DNA of 29,845 nucleotides, taken from positions 1 through 29,845 of the IMG/VR virus record IMGVR_UViG_3300024248_000398; one strand, given 5' to 3'. Origin of the DNA: a virus (Duplodnaviria > Caudoviricetes). Of the stretch, positions 17,561 to 25,947 are shown piece after piece (the first letter of the stretch is position 1; every line of letters begins with the position of its first letter). The notes below the pieces were generated by a model. It had not been told where the DNA came from, ran no database searches, and worked only from the letters and a program-made list of their open reading frames with translations. The position numbers and the translations under genes are program-made.

Positions 17561-17579
17561 AATTATTTAATAAATAATT
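17561..17579. promoter_or_regulatory. Back-to-back divergent late promoters forming an inverted repeat (aattattta-a-taaataatt)
   Basis: TAAATA on - (17564-17569) is 5 nt from ATG 17558; TAAATA on + (17571-17576) is 5 nt from ATG 17582. Confidence 0.72.
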
Positions 17580-17581
17580 GT

Positions 17582-18130
17582 ATGGATAATGAAGCTAATC
17601 TAATTTTTGAACAATATAAAACGTTAAATGAAAATATAGGTCTTGGACCGATGATAGGTAAAATGGTAAATGTACCAGGTCCAGGTTCACAAAAAACTGC
17701 TTCTAAAGTAGTTGTATTAAAGATTAATGATGAAGGTGATTCATCAGATTGTGAAGATGCGGAGAAAGAAGAAGAAACAGTTTATATCCAAGCAGGAGAT
17801 CAAGGTGAATGTGAAAGTGATTGTGGTTGTGATGAATGTGGGGATGATTATGATGGTGAATTAGATATGGCAAGAGCTGAGTTACTCAAAGTAAATGAAT
17901 ATTCTGCTAAATTATTTGATATGGTAGGTAATTTAGATAACTTAGAAGGTTGGACAGCTTCAAAAATTACTAAAGCTGCTGATTACCTATCATCAGTATA
18001 TCATGCTTTAGAGTATGATAAGTTAGATGCTGATGTAGAAGACGAGCAAGATCCAGATGAAGATAGAGTAGAAGTTGATGAATTAGACGATACTCAAACT
18101 GCTAAAAATACTGGTTACGCAGGAGCTTAA
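17582..18130 (+). CDS. Acidic hypothetical protein with a MARAEL...LEGWTASKITKAADYL helical module
   Basis: Start moved from 17519 to ATG 17582 (MDNEANL). Very Asp/Glu-rich, with a CESDCGCDEC segment. Confidence 0.8.
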   Translation: MDNEANLIFEQYKTLNENIGLGPMIGKMVNVPGPGSQKTASKVVVLKINDEGDSSDCEDAEKEEETVYIQAGDQGECESDCGCDECGDDYDGELDMARAELLKVNEYSAKLFDMVGNLDNLEGWTASKITKAADYLSSVYHALEYDKLDADVEDEQDPDEDRVEVDELDDTQTAKNTGYAGA

Positions 18131-20148
18131 ATTAGCTTATTATCAAATATTCTTTTAACTTCTTCATCCATTGAACCGTATAAGTCCATAATAATATCTC
18201 TTCGTGTTTTTTCATCTGAATTTTTATACTTATTACGAATATCAGTAGCACCTCCAGTAGGTTCACCTAATACATTATACTGAACGGTCGGAACTTTCAT
18301 TAAATAACCATTTAATTTACCATTTTCATTTACAAACTTTAAATTTTCTTTATCTTTATAAAAATGTAATGGGGTATCTGGGTTGTTTAAATAATCATCA
18401 GGAAATCTACCTACATCTCTTTCACCACCTGCAAAAATAACTTTAGTTTTTTCTAAATCGTAACCTTCTAAGGCTTGATTAGGAGCAATTTTACCACCAA
18501 CTGAATATGTAGTTGTTGATTGTTTAATATCATTTGGGTCAACACCTGCACTTTGCATCATTATCTTCTTTTCTTCAAAAGAAAATGGTGATTTATTAGG
18601 TTCTTGTTTATCACTTGTTGTAATAAAAACATCAGCAGTAGGAAATTGCTGTTTTAATTTGTTATAAACTGATGCATGGCCTTTATGGAATGGGTGAAAT
18701 CTACCTGGGTATATAACTACTGTTTTTGTAAGGTCTTCTGCATCTTCAAATTCATTTAACATTTTATACATTTCATTAAAACTGCCAAGCTTTTTACTAC
18801 CAGTTGGATGGGTTTGTAATCTTGTACCTTCACCTCTATTAAAAACTGGCGGGTTAGTTATATAAGACTCTTGATCTTCTTTAGTTGCTGGTGAAGTTGG
18901 CTTACCGGTACCGAAATTAGCGCGACTAAACTCGCCTCTATCAACTAATTTCGTAATTTGGGCTCCATCATCGGTAACTTTTGAAAGAGCGAACCCCTCA
19001 GGTGCTGTCGTTTGCCATTCCCCTGGTGCTTCTTCAAGGTACGTACCTAATAAGTCGTTCTGTGTAATTTCGTTAAAGATTTTAATAAGATTATTCTTAA
19101 GATTTGCAATAATTTTAGTAATTTCAAATGCATTCTTAATAGAAGGTTTAAGTTTTTTAAGAGCTGATAGGGTGCTTTTCATCTGCTCCGTCTTCTTTGC
19201 TTTACCTTTCTCGCTCTTTAGTTTATCAATATCCTTTACAAACTTACCCGATATCCAATTAACGAACTCTTCAGATGAAATAGCTGTATCTTCTAGAAAT
19301 CTACCGGCTCTTATTTCAGAATTAATATATGTCTTTAGTAAAGCAGTATAATCATCTAGAGAACTAAAATCTACCTTATCAGCTAACTTTAAAACTTGGT
19401 TCTTTTTCTTTTGAACGTCTTTAAGCAGTAATTTACTGAATGATGACTTAGCATTTTTAGGTTTATTAGCTAATACATTAAAGACAAATACGGTACTTGA
19501 TGGAGAAAACTCTTCCGGAGAAGACGTATATTTCTTAACCTTTAAAATACCATTTTGAATCATATATTCAATATGAATAGCTACCCCAATCTTCGCTTTA
19601 TTGATCTCATCACCGTACGGGCTATTTTCTGTAACAGCATACTTAATTGTATTAGGAGTAAATGTAAGAAATCGATTTTCATTCTTAACTCCGTCAATAG
19701 TCTGAGGAGTTTCAATTTGCTTCATCTGCGGATCAAACATATAATCCATTTGATAAATACCTTTAAGGTTTAAGGACGGTAAATACCGTAATGCTAACTT
19801 AAGCTTATCAGCTAAACCACCAGTACCGTGATTGTTGATAATATCTTGCTCAGTATAGTTAATTTTTGGGTTTTTAGCAAACGCTGACTTACTAGCTACA
19901 AAAAATTTATTATTAGTATCAACACCTGCGACAATAGCAGGTGCACCGTCAAATTTAGTTGAGATTTTATAGTCAGACTCATCAACAAAGTAAGAAATAG
20001 ATGATTCTATTTGATTAATAGCTTCTATTACTCCCTGTTTACCTTTATTAAGTATATTCTCTTCTAGATGGTCGATATGCTTTACAGCTCCGTCGATAGC
20101 ATCGAAGAATTCTAAAATTATGCTGTGATGTTGTTTGAATGTTTTCAT
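18127..20148 (-). CDS. Fusion: RNA-ligase-like nucleotidyltransferase domain plus C-terminal HxGH cytidyltransferase-like domain
   Basis: N-domain: KFDGAP (KxDG), PEGFAL and TKLVDR. C-domain: YPGRFHPFHKGH, SPFSFEEK and ATDIR. Start ATG 20148 (TAATG overlap). Confidence 0.78.
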   Translation of the reverse strand: MKTFKQHHSIILEFFDAIDGAVKHIDHLEENILNKGKQGVIEAINQIESSISYFVDESDYKISTKFDGAPAIVAGVDTNNKFFVASKSAFAKNPKINYTEQDIINNHGTGGLADKLKLALRYLPSLNLKGIYQMDYMFDPQMKQIETPQTIDGVKNENRFLTFTPNTIKYAVTENSPYGDEINKAKIGVAIHIEYMIQNGILKVKKYTSSPEEFSPSSTVFVFNVLANKPKNAKSSFSKLLLKDVQKKKNQVLKLADKVDFSSLDDYTALLKTYINSEIRAGRFLEDTAISSEEFVNWISGKFVKDIDKLKSEKGKAKKTEQMKSTLSALKKLKPSIKNAFEITKIIANLKNNLIKIFNEITQNDLLGTYLEEAPGEWQTTAPEGFALSKVTDDGAQITKLVDRGEFSRANFGTGKPTSPATKEDQESYITNPPVFNRGEGTRLQTHPTGSKKLGSFNEMYKMLNEFEDAEDLTKTVVIYPGRFHPFHKGHASVYNKLKQQFPTADVFITTSDKQEPNKSPFSFEEKKIMMQSAGVDPNDIKQSTTTYSVGGKIAPNQALEGYDLEKTKVIFAGGERDVGRFPDDYLNNPDTPLHFYKDKENLKFVNENGKLNGYLMKVPTVQYNVLGEPTGGATDIRNKYKNSDEKTRRDIIMDLYGSMDEEVKRIFDNKLI

Positions 20149-21224
20149 TATTTTGTACCTTTTAAAGTGCAGCTCCAACCTTTACCATCAGTACGACGGT
20201 TAAATTTAAGAACACCTTTTAAATTATTTAATTCTTTATAAAAATCTGAAAGATTGGTTAAATTTTCCATATTAATAGCTTGTAATATTAAATCATTACC
20301 GATTTTATTATAAGCTAAAAATACATCAAACCCTTGAGCTTTTTTATACTCAAATAATTGAAAAATACCACCAATTTGAGTTATTAAATTAACACCTAAT
20401 TTACCCATACCTGGTCTTAACTTACCTTTTTGTAGCATATATTCTCTTTCTCTTAACATTGCTTCATCTAGACCATTATCTTTAATAAGTTTTAAAATTT
20501 CACCATAACCATTTGATATACCGCACCATTTTGATATAAACTTGCTTATATTTAAAAGTAAACCGTTATTATCACTAGCAGATGATTGTAAATCGCTAAA
20601 ATCATTTGTTAATGCTGCAGTTTTAAACAATCTACCACTAGCACCTTTTAATTCAATTTCTTTACCACCTACACTTAAATCACCTTTTTTAGGTTTAACA
20701 CCATCACAAACAAATGCTAAATATAGTTCACCACACCCAGGAGCACCATGGGTAGGGGCTTCCGGTATAGCACACCATGCTTTATCAAAAAACTTATTAT
20801 AAACGTCAGAATTATGAAAACTACTTTGGATAAAAGTATCTAATGAAAAAGTTGCATTACTACCTATTAAATTAAGAAAGTCATTTTGTGCTGATGTAAA
20901 GTTTTCATCTTTAAGATCAAAATTAGCTGAATATGTATAGGATTGAAATATATCTAAATTATTAGCTATATTACCACCAGCTTTTTCTAACCTTTCTTCA
21001 ATTTTATTCCGCCCTTCAATACTATCTGTTGAACCCATTTTCATATAACGTGATAAAATATCATCATAATATTTTTGATCTACATTTGCAAGTAATTCAT
21101 AACCAGAATCAGTCTTTGTATACAGTTCAACATTTTCACGTATTACTTGCTGTCTTGGTAATTTACTAACTGCTTTTTTAGCAGCTGTCTGTAAATATAT
21201 TTGATCTAATGGTTTCCAGCTCAT
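20148..21224 (-). CDS. Hypothetical protein with PD-(D/E)xK nuclease-like motif
   Basis: G.GE.......KGDL....EIELKG pattern. Confidence 0.6.
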   Translation of the reverse strand: MSWKPLDQIYLQTAAKKAVSKLPRQQVIRENVELYTKTDSGYELLANVDQKYYDDILSRYMKMGSTDSIEGRNKIEERLEKAGGNIANNLDIFQSYTYSANFDLKDENFTSAQNDFLNLIGSNATFSLDTFIQSSFHNSDVYNKFFDKAWCAIPEAPTHGAPGCGELYLAFVCDGVKPKKGDLSVGGKEIELKGASGRLFKTAALTNDFSDLQSSASDNNGLLLNISKFISKWCGISNGYGEILKLIKDNGLDEAMLREREYMLQKGKLRPGMGKLGVNLITQIGGIFQLFEYKKAQGFDVFLAYNKIGNDLILQAINMENLTNLSDFYKELNNLKGVLKFNRRTDGKGWSCTLKGTK

Positions 21225-21529
21225 TATGTTACGTCAATATCTTGTGAATATTTTTTCATTATATTAATTAACATCTGCAATGATTGTTTTGAGTTAGTTT
21301 CATTAATATCAGATAATTCACTAATTGAATCAACATCGTTAGAATCTATATCAGTTACTAAGGCTTTCTTAATTAATCTTACTAGTAGTACTTCAGCTTC
21401 TGGAGATAACTGTTCTACTTCTGGTTCAGATACAGGCTGTTCCACAGGAGCTTCAGCTGAAACATCTGAAACTTCCATTGTTTCATCTTGTTCAAGAACA
21501 GCGTTATATTGTTTAAGGAATTTTTTCAT
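21224..21529 (-). CDS. Acidic hypothetical protein
   Basis: 101-aa ORF with TAATG overlaps on both sides. Confidence 0.75.
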   Translation of the reverse strand: MKKFLKQYNAVLEQDETMEVSDVSAEAPVEQPVSEPEVEQLSPEAEVLLVRLIKKALVTDIDSNDVDSISELSDINETNSKQSLQMLINIMKKYSQDIDVT

Positions 21530-22344
21530 TATATTTTAATCGTTTTAATTTTATTAGCTATCTTTTTCATTACATCACCATAAGCTTTATTAATTTCTTT
21601 TTGTGGGTCTTTTTGAAATGACCTTCTAGTAGGGTCATTAGCTAAGGTTTGAGCTACTCTAATAGCATCTTTTTGATCTTTACTTAAAAATGGTTGTTCT
21701 TGATCTTCTACCCTACTACCTCTCATTGAACTGATTTTATTATACATATCTTCAAGCTCTTTGAATTCATCGCTTCCATCATTAACTATTTCACCTTGTT
21801 CGATAGGTCTATTATGATATTCGGCTACCGCTACATCTTCTTTATTATGAAGAGCTCTTCTTGCTTCAGCATATTCACTATTATTTCTAAAAGCATTCTT
21901 CCTTTGTCTTAATTCAGATTTTTTTTCAGGGTCTTTTTCTGTCATTAGTTCACGGAATAAATCTTTACGTTCTCTTTCTCTTTCAAGATACCCTTCATAA
22001 TCATGCTTCTGTTTAAACTCATCAGTTTCAGCTGCCCCAGAACGTAATTTTGTAATATCCTGATTAACAAAATCACCAAGCTTAGTTAAAAATTTACTTA
22101 AACGTACTGCAGGGGCATCCGGAGAGTTCTTATTACCACCTATACCGTGCATGTTCATAGAATATAATCTTGCAAAACTTCCAGAATCTAAAATATCTTT
22201 TCTAGATTTACCTACGAGACTTCTTAAAAAATCACCAAATGATTTTCCTGATTTCATTTGTACCATTATTTCGTCGTCTGATGAGCTTATCGGCGGGCCA
22301 AATTCTCTTAAAAAGGAGTTGGCTACTTTATCAAATTTGTCCAT
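21529..22344 (-). CDS. Hypothetical charged helical protein
   Basis: 271-aa ORF; late promoter 5 nt upstream. Confidence 0.8.
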   Translation of the reverse strand: MDKFDKVANSFLREFGPPISSSDDEIMVQMKSGKSFGDFLRSLVGKSRKDILDSGSFARLYSMNMHGIGGNKNSPDAPAVRLSKFLTKLGDFVNQDITKLRSGAAETDEFKQKHDYEGYLERERERKDLFRELMTEKDPEKKSELRQRKNAFRNNSEYAEARRALHNKEDVAVAEYHNRPIEQGEIVNDGSDEFKELEDMYNKISSMRGSRVEDQEQPFLSKDQKDAIRVAQTLANDPTRRSFQKDPQKEINKAYGDVMKKIANKIKTIKI

Positions 22345-22349
22345 ATTAT

Positions 22350-22355
22350 TATTTA
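22350..22355 (-). promoter_or_regulatory. Late promoter core TAAATA, 5 nt before ATG 22344
   Basis: tattta at 22350-22355; overlaps the upstream stop. Confidence 0.55.
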
Positions 22356-22916
22356 TCTAATTAGAAGTAGTTTTGTAGATAGTCTATTAAAGTAATCTTT
22401 GTTTAAAAACGTTAGTTCATAACGTCTTGTAAACTTTTTAACATCTGAAAAGGTATATTTGCTGATATCCATATTATTAATCTTACTTATCATTGAATTT
22501 ATTGTTGTTTGAGCTTTACCATCATTAATCTCTATAAGATGGTCAAGATATACTATAGAATATTTACTAATAAATATTTTCAATGGTAATATTTTATCTA
22601 CTCTACGTAAAAAATTGGTAAAAAAGGTTAAAATGTCATTTTCTTTATAATACTTTATCAATTCACATTCATCCAACTGTGTATTATTAAAGTATATAAT
22701 AGACTTAGATTTACAATTAAGTAACCTTTGACATATATTGTATATAGTATAGTGGTAAATAAACTTTTTAACCTGTAGATTGTTAATACTCTTTTCTAAT
22801 AAGTTAAATTCATGTAAAGAATTAATTATTTGTGGTTGTATATCGTTTATTAATAACTCATTAAAGTCAATTATAGTAAAATCATAGTTTTCTATATGTA
22901 AATCAGCCATCATCAT
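22353..22916 (-). CDS. Hypothetical protein
   Basis: 187-aa ORF coupled to the upstream GIY-YIG gene; no motif recognised. Confidence 0.7.
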   Translation of the reverse strand: MMMADLHIENYDFTIIDFNELLINDIQPQIINSLHEFNLLEKSINNLQVKKFIYHYTIYNICQRLLNCKSKSIIYFNNTQLDECELIKYYKENDILTFFTNFLRRVDKILPLKIFISKYSIVYLDHLIEINDGKAQTTINSMISKINNMDISKYTFSDVKKFTRRYELTFLNKDYFNRLSTKLLLIR

Positions 22917-23337
22917 TTTTATTATAGTACTGTTCCATAAAGAGTTTAGGTGGTTTACCTATTCTACAGTTAATAATACCATTATAATAATCTTCACTTA
23001 ATAAAACATCTTTTTCAAACTGCATTTTAGCCTCAAAGTAAGAAAGCTCAAACTTACTATTACAAAATTTTAAAATTTTAAATATAAATTTTTCTAATCC
23101 TAAAGTTGCAATATCTATATTAAGAGCATCTGATGAACCTGTATAAGTTTTCCAGTCACTTTCCACATAATCAATACGCTTACGCTTCTTACCTTTTAAA
23201 GGGTTGCGTCTAATTTTTCGTATCATTTGCTTTTTACCGATATATTTTTTACCGTTAGTAGTGTTTACAATTTCGTATATAAACCCGAAAGCGTCCTCTG
23301 GTATTGCTTCGTAAACTTTCCAAATGCCTGTGTCCAT
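22903..23337 (-). CDS. GIY-YIG family endonuclease
   Basis: GFIYEIVN..NGKKYIGKK, ESDWKTYTGSS, a conserved Glu helix (ELSYFE) and YYNG. Confidence 0.85.
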   Translation of the reverse strand: MDTGIWKVYEAIPEDAFGFIYEIVNTTNGKKYIGKKQMIRKIRRNPLKGKKRKRIDYVESDWKTYTGSSDALNIDIATLGLEKFIFKILKFCNSKFELSYFEAKMQFEKDVLLSEDYYNGIINCRIGKPPKLFMEQYYNKNDDG

Positions 23338-23342
23338 ATGGA

Positions 23343-23348
23343 TATTTA
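23343..23348 (-). promoter_or_regulatory. Late promoter core TAAATA, 5 nt before ATG 23337
   Basis: tattta at 23343-23348; overlaps the upstream stop. Confidence 0.55.
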
Positions 23349-23618
23349 CTTTTTAGTTTTACGTTTTCTAGTTTTACGTTTTCTGGTTTTACTTTTTTTC
23401 TTACCTACTTTACCTCTTCTAGAATATGTCGCTCCTAATGCTGTCCATCTTCTATAATCACCAGGTGCATACCAATCAGTATTCGTTAAACCATTATGAC
23501 CTATTGCTGCAGCAGGTCCTAAAGCTCCCCCACCTACAGTATTATCATCTTCTTCTGCTGGTTTTTTCTTTTTGAGTATTTTTTTAAATACTTTTTCGAA
23601 AAGAGTTGTTTTTTTCAT
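23346..23618 (-). CDS. Small protein with protamine-like Lys/Arg tail
   Basis: C-terminus SRRGKVGKKKSKTRKRKTRKRKTKK; full TATAAATA upstream. Confidence 0.75.
   Translation of the reverse strand: MKKTTLFEKVFKKILKKKKPAEEDDNTVGGGALGPAAAIGHNGLTNTDWYAPGDYRRWTALGATYSRRGKVGKKKSKTRKRKTRKRKTKK
23354..23392. repeat. 15-bp tandem repeat (tagttttacgttttc x2 plus partial) encoding KTRKR repeats
   Basis: Units at 23354 and 23369, plus a degenerate partial at 23384. Confidence 0.85.
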
Positions 23619-23633
23619 AATAGTATTTATAAT
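23606..23633 (+). promoter_or_regulatory. Sigma70-type promoter for uvsY (TTGTTT-N16-TATAAT-N6-GTG)
   Basis: TTGTTT 23606-23611, TATAAT 23628-23633, GTG 23640. Confidence 0.55.
23624..23631 (-). promoter_or_regulatory. Full T4 late promoter TATAAATA, 5 nt before ATG 23618
   Basis: tatttata at 23624-23631. Confidence 0.75.
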
Positions 23634-23639
23634 TAATAT

Positions 23640-24035
23640 GTGAATTTATTAGATCAATATATAGATGAAATAGAAAAAGATTTACAAATTAATGAATTTA
23701 ACCTTAAAGACTCTTCGATGAAGACACCTGCAAAGAAACATTATTGGGTAGCTAAACTGATTAGACATAAAAAAAATCTTCTTAATTTAAGACAACAAAG
23801 AGATTTAATTAAAAAAGATGTAGTTCAAAAAATTATCGAAGAAAGTCCAGTCAAGGTTACTATACCAGTTGCAGAAAAAGCAAGTTACCGGCATGAAAAG
23901 ATGAAAGAAATATCTGATCAGATAAGTAATGAAGAATTAATTATTGAATTCTTGGAAAAGACAGAAAAGACTTTCAGTGCTATAGGTTTTGATATTAAAA
24001 ATATTATTGAAATAATGAAGATGGAGCAATTATAA
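23640..24035 (+). CDS. uvsY: UvsY-like recombination mediator
   Basis: 131-aa helical protein with a C-terminal GFDIKNIIE motif, immediately upstream of uvsW as in marine T4-like phages. Confidence 0.75.
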   Translation: MNLLDQYIDEIEKDLQINEFNLKDSSMKTPAKKHYWVAKLIRHKKNLLNLRQQRDLIKKDVVQKIIEESPVKVTIPVAEKASYRHEKMKEISDQISNEELIIEFLEKTEKTFSAIGFDIKNIIEIMKMEQL

Positions 24036-25453
24036 TGAAATTTGAATTAGCTAAAGAAAAAATTAGATTAATATCAGATGATTTAGATAGTATACGAGAA
24101 CATTTTAGCGTTAAAGATGAAACAGCTCGTTTTAGAATGAGAGGCAGGGCTAGATGGGCAGCACCTAGTAGAATATATTGTATTACACCGACTGGGTTAT
24201 TTGAGCCTGGTTTATTTTTTGATATTTTTAGTTATGTAAAGCAAGAATACCCAAATAAGGATGTAGAGGTTAGTTCAGATATTTTACCTATAGTTAAACC
24301 AACATATAAAGAAGAAAGAGCATACGATAATCTAAAATTTCCATTAAGGGATTACCAGTTAGATTCGGTAAAAGAAGCATTAAAATTTGGAAGAGGTATT
24401 ATTAAACTCGGTACTGGAGGTGGTAAAACGTTAACGATTGCTTCATTGTTAATGAGTCTTTATTCTAACAATCCTAAAATAAAAATTTTAATATTAGTAC
24501 CTGATCTCGGATTGGTTAACCAAACGTATAACGATTTTGAAGAATATAATGTATTATTTAAATTTACAAGATGGACAGGTAAGATAAAACCTGATTTAAC
24601 AGCTAATTGCATTATAGCTAATCGTGGTATTTTACAGAGTAAATTTGAAGATAATGATTGGATAAAATATATAGACGTTTTAGTGGTGGATGAATGTCAC
24701 ACCATTAAAAAGTCAAATAAAGTAAGTAAAATGGTTAATAAAATACATACATATAATAAGTTTGGTTTAACCGGTACTTTACCTGATGATAAACCAGAAG
24801 AATGGAATGTTATTGGTAAATTAGGTAAAGTGATATACGATAAGGATAGCTATGAACTTAGGTTAGAGAGCTATTTAACTAACGTAGACATTAAGGTCAT
24901 TAACATAGGTTATAAAGATAAACCTCTTGTAGTAAGTGGTGGTAATAATTTTAAAGCAGAATTAGATTTTATCTATACTAACGATTTTCGAAATAGTGTA
25001 ATTAAAAATATATGTTCAAAATTTAATAATAATTCTCTTATATTAGTTAATCATTTAGCCCATGGGGATGTATTATTTGATAACCTAACACAAATTGAAA
25101 ATAAAAAAGTTTATTTTGTAAAAGGTGAAGTTGAGGTTGAAGAAAGGGATAAAATTAAAAAGATAATGGAAACAAATAATGACGTTATTTGTATTGCAAT
25201 GAGTTCTATTTTTAGTACCGGTGTTAATATTAAAAATATACATATGATTATGTTTGCATCAGGAGGTAAAAGTTTCATAAGAACTATCCAATCAATTGGT
25301 AGAGGTTTAAGACTACATGAAACAAAAAATAAACTAATTATTATAGATCTAGCTGATAAGTTAAAATACGGAATACGTCATTCTGATAAAAGAAAAGAAA
25401 TTTATAAATCAGAAAAAATAAATTTTTCATTGACTAATATAGTTGAAAAGTAA
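24035..25453 (+). CDS. uvsW: UvsW-like SF2 DNA helicase
   Basis: LRDYQ, GTGGGKT, DECH, GLTGT, FSTGVNI and QSIGRGLR. Confidence 0.92.
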   Translation: MKFELAKEKIRLISDDLDSIREHFSVKDETARFRMRGRARWAAPSRIYCITPTGLFEPGLFFDIFSYVKQEYPNKDVEVSSDILPIVKPTYKEERAYDNLKFPLRDYQLDSVKEALKFGRGIIKLGTGGGKTLTIASLLMSLYSNNPKIKILILVPDLGLVNQTYNDFEEYNVLFKFTRWTGKIKPDLTANCIIANRGILQSKFEDNDWIKYIDVLVVDECHTIKKSNKVSKMVNKIHTYNKFGLTGTLPDDKPEEWNVIGKLGKVIYDKDSYELRLESYLTNVDIKVINIGYKDKPLVVSGGNNFKAELDFIYTNDFRNSVIKNICSKFNNNSLILVNHLAHGDVLFDNLTQIENKKVYFVKGEVEVEERDKIKKIMETNNDVICIAMSSIFSTGVNIKNIHMIMFASGGKSFIRTIQSIGRGLRLHETKNKLIIIDLADKLKYGIRHSDKRKEIYKSEKINFSLTNIVEK

Positions 25454-25470
25454 GTTTTATACGCTATAAT
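25443..25470 (+). promoter_or_regulatory. Sigma70-type promoter for gp55 (TTGAAA-N16-TATAAT-N6-ATG)
   Basis: TTGAAA 25443-25448, TATAAT 25465-25470, ATG 25477. Confidence 0.7.
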
Positions 25471-25476
25471 AGTTTT

Positions 25477-25947
25477 ATGGCTAATACTAAAAAATCTACC
25501 GGTAAACGTAGAGGACCGAAACCAAAGAAAACTGAATATTATGTAGATCCACGAGAATTAAAAGCTGAACTTATTAATTTTTATGAAACAGAAAATTGTA
25601 CGCATCATCTAGCTGATATGATACATAAAATTGCTCATGGTTTAAGTTATTCATCCAACTTTATCAATTATACTTATAGAGATGAAATGGTTGGTGATGC
25701 TCTAGTAAAGATGTATACCGCTGTAACAAATAAAAAATTTGATATTGAATCAGAGTATAATCCATTTTCATATTTTACAACAATTGCTTTCCACGCTTTT
25801 ATTAATAGAATTAAAAAAGAAAAAAAGCATGCAAATACCTTGAGTGAATATAAAGAAAAAGTTTACGAGCAAGAAATGTTAGAATCTACTGATGGTCGAG
25901 TTTATGTTAAACCAATGAGTGACGACACTGATTTAGATGATGAGTAA
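25477..25947 (+). CDS. gp55: T4 gp55-like sigma factor for late transcription
   Basis: YYVD, IAHGLS...NFINYTYRDEMVGDA and NPFSYFTTIAFHAFINRIKKEKK. Confidence 0.92.
   Translation: MANTKKSTGKRRGPKPKKTEYYVDPRELKAELINFYETENCTHHLADMIHKIAHGLSYSSNFINYTYRDEMVGDALVKMYTAVTNKKFDIESEYNPFSYFTTIAFHAFINRIKKEKKHANTLSEYKEKVYEQEMLESTDGRVYVKPMSDDTDLDDE

Noticed and set aside
22903-23337. GIY-YIG gene as a mobile homing endonuclease or intron
   Set aside because: It is a single short catalytic domain with no evident DNA-binding extension and does not interrupt a gene.
23638-23643. ATG-TGA start-stop minigene before uvsY
   Set aside because: The overlapping GTG at 23640 fits the TATAAT-N6 spacing seen elsewhere, so the ATG is probably incidental and upstream of the transcript start.
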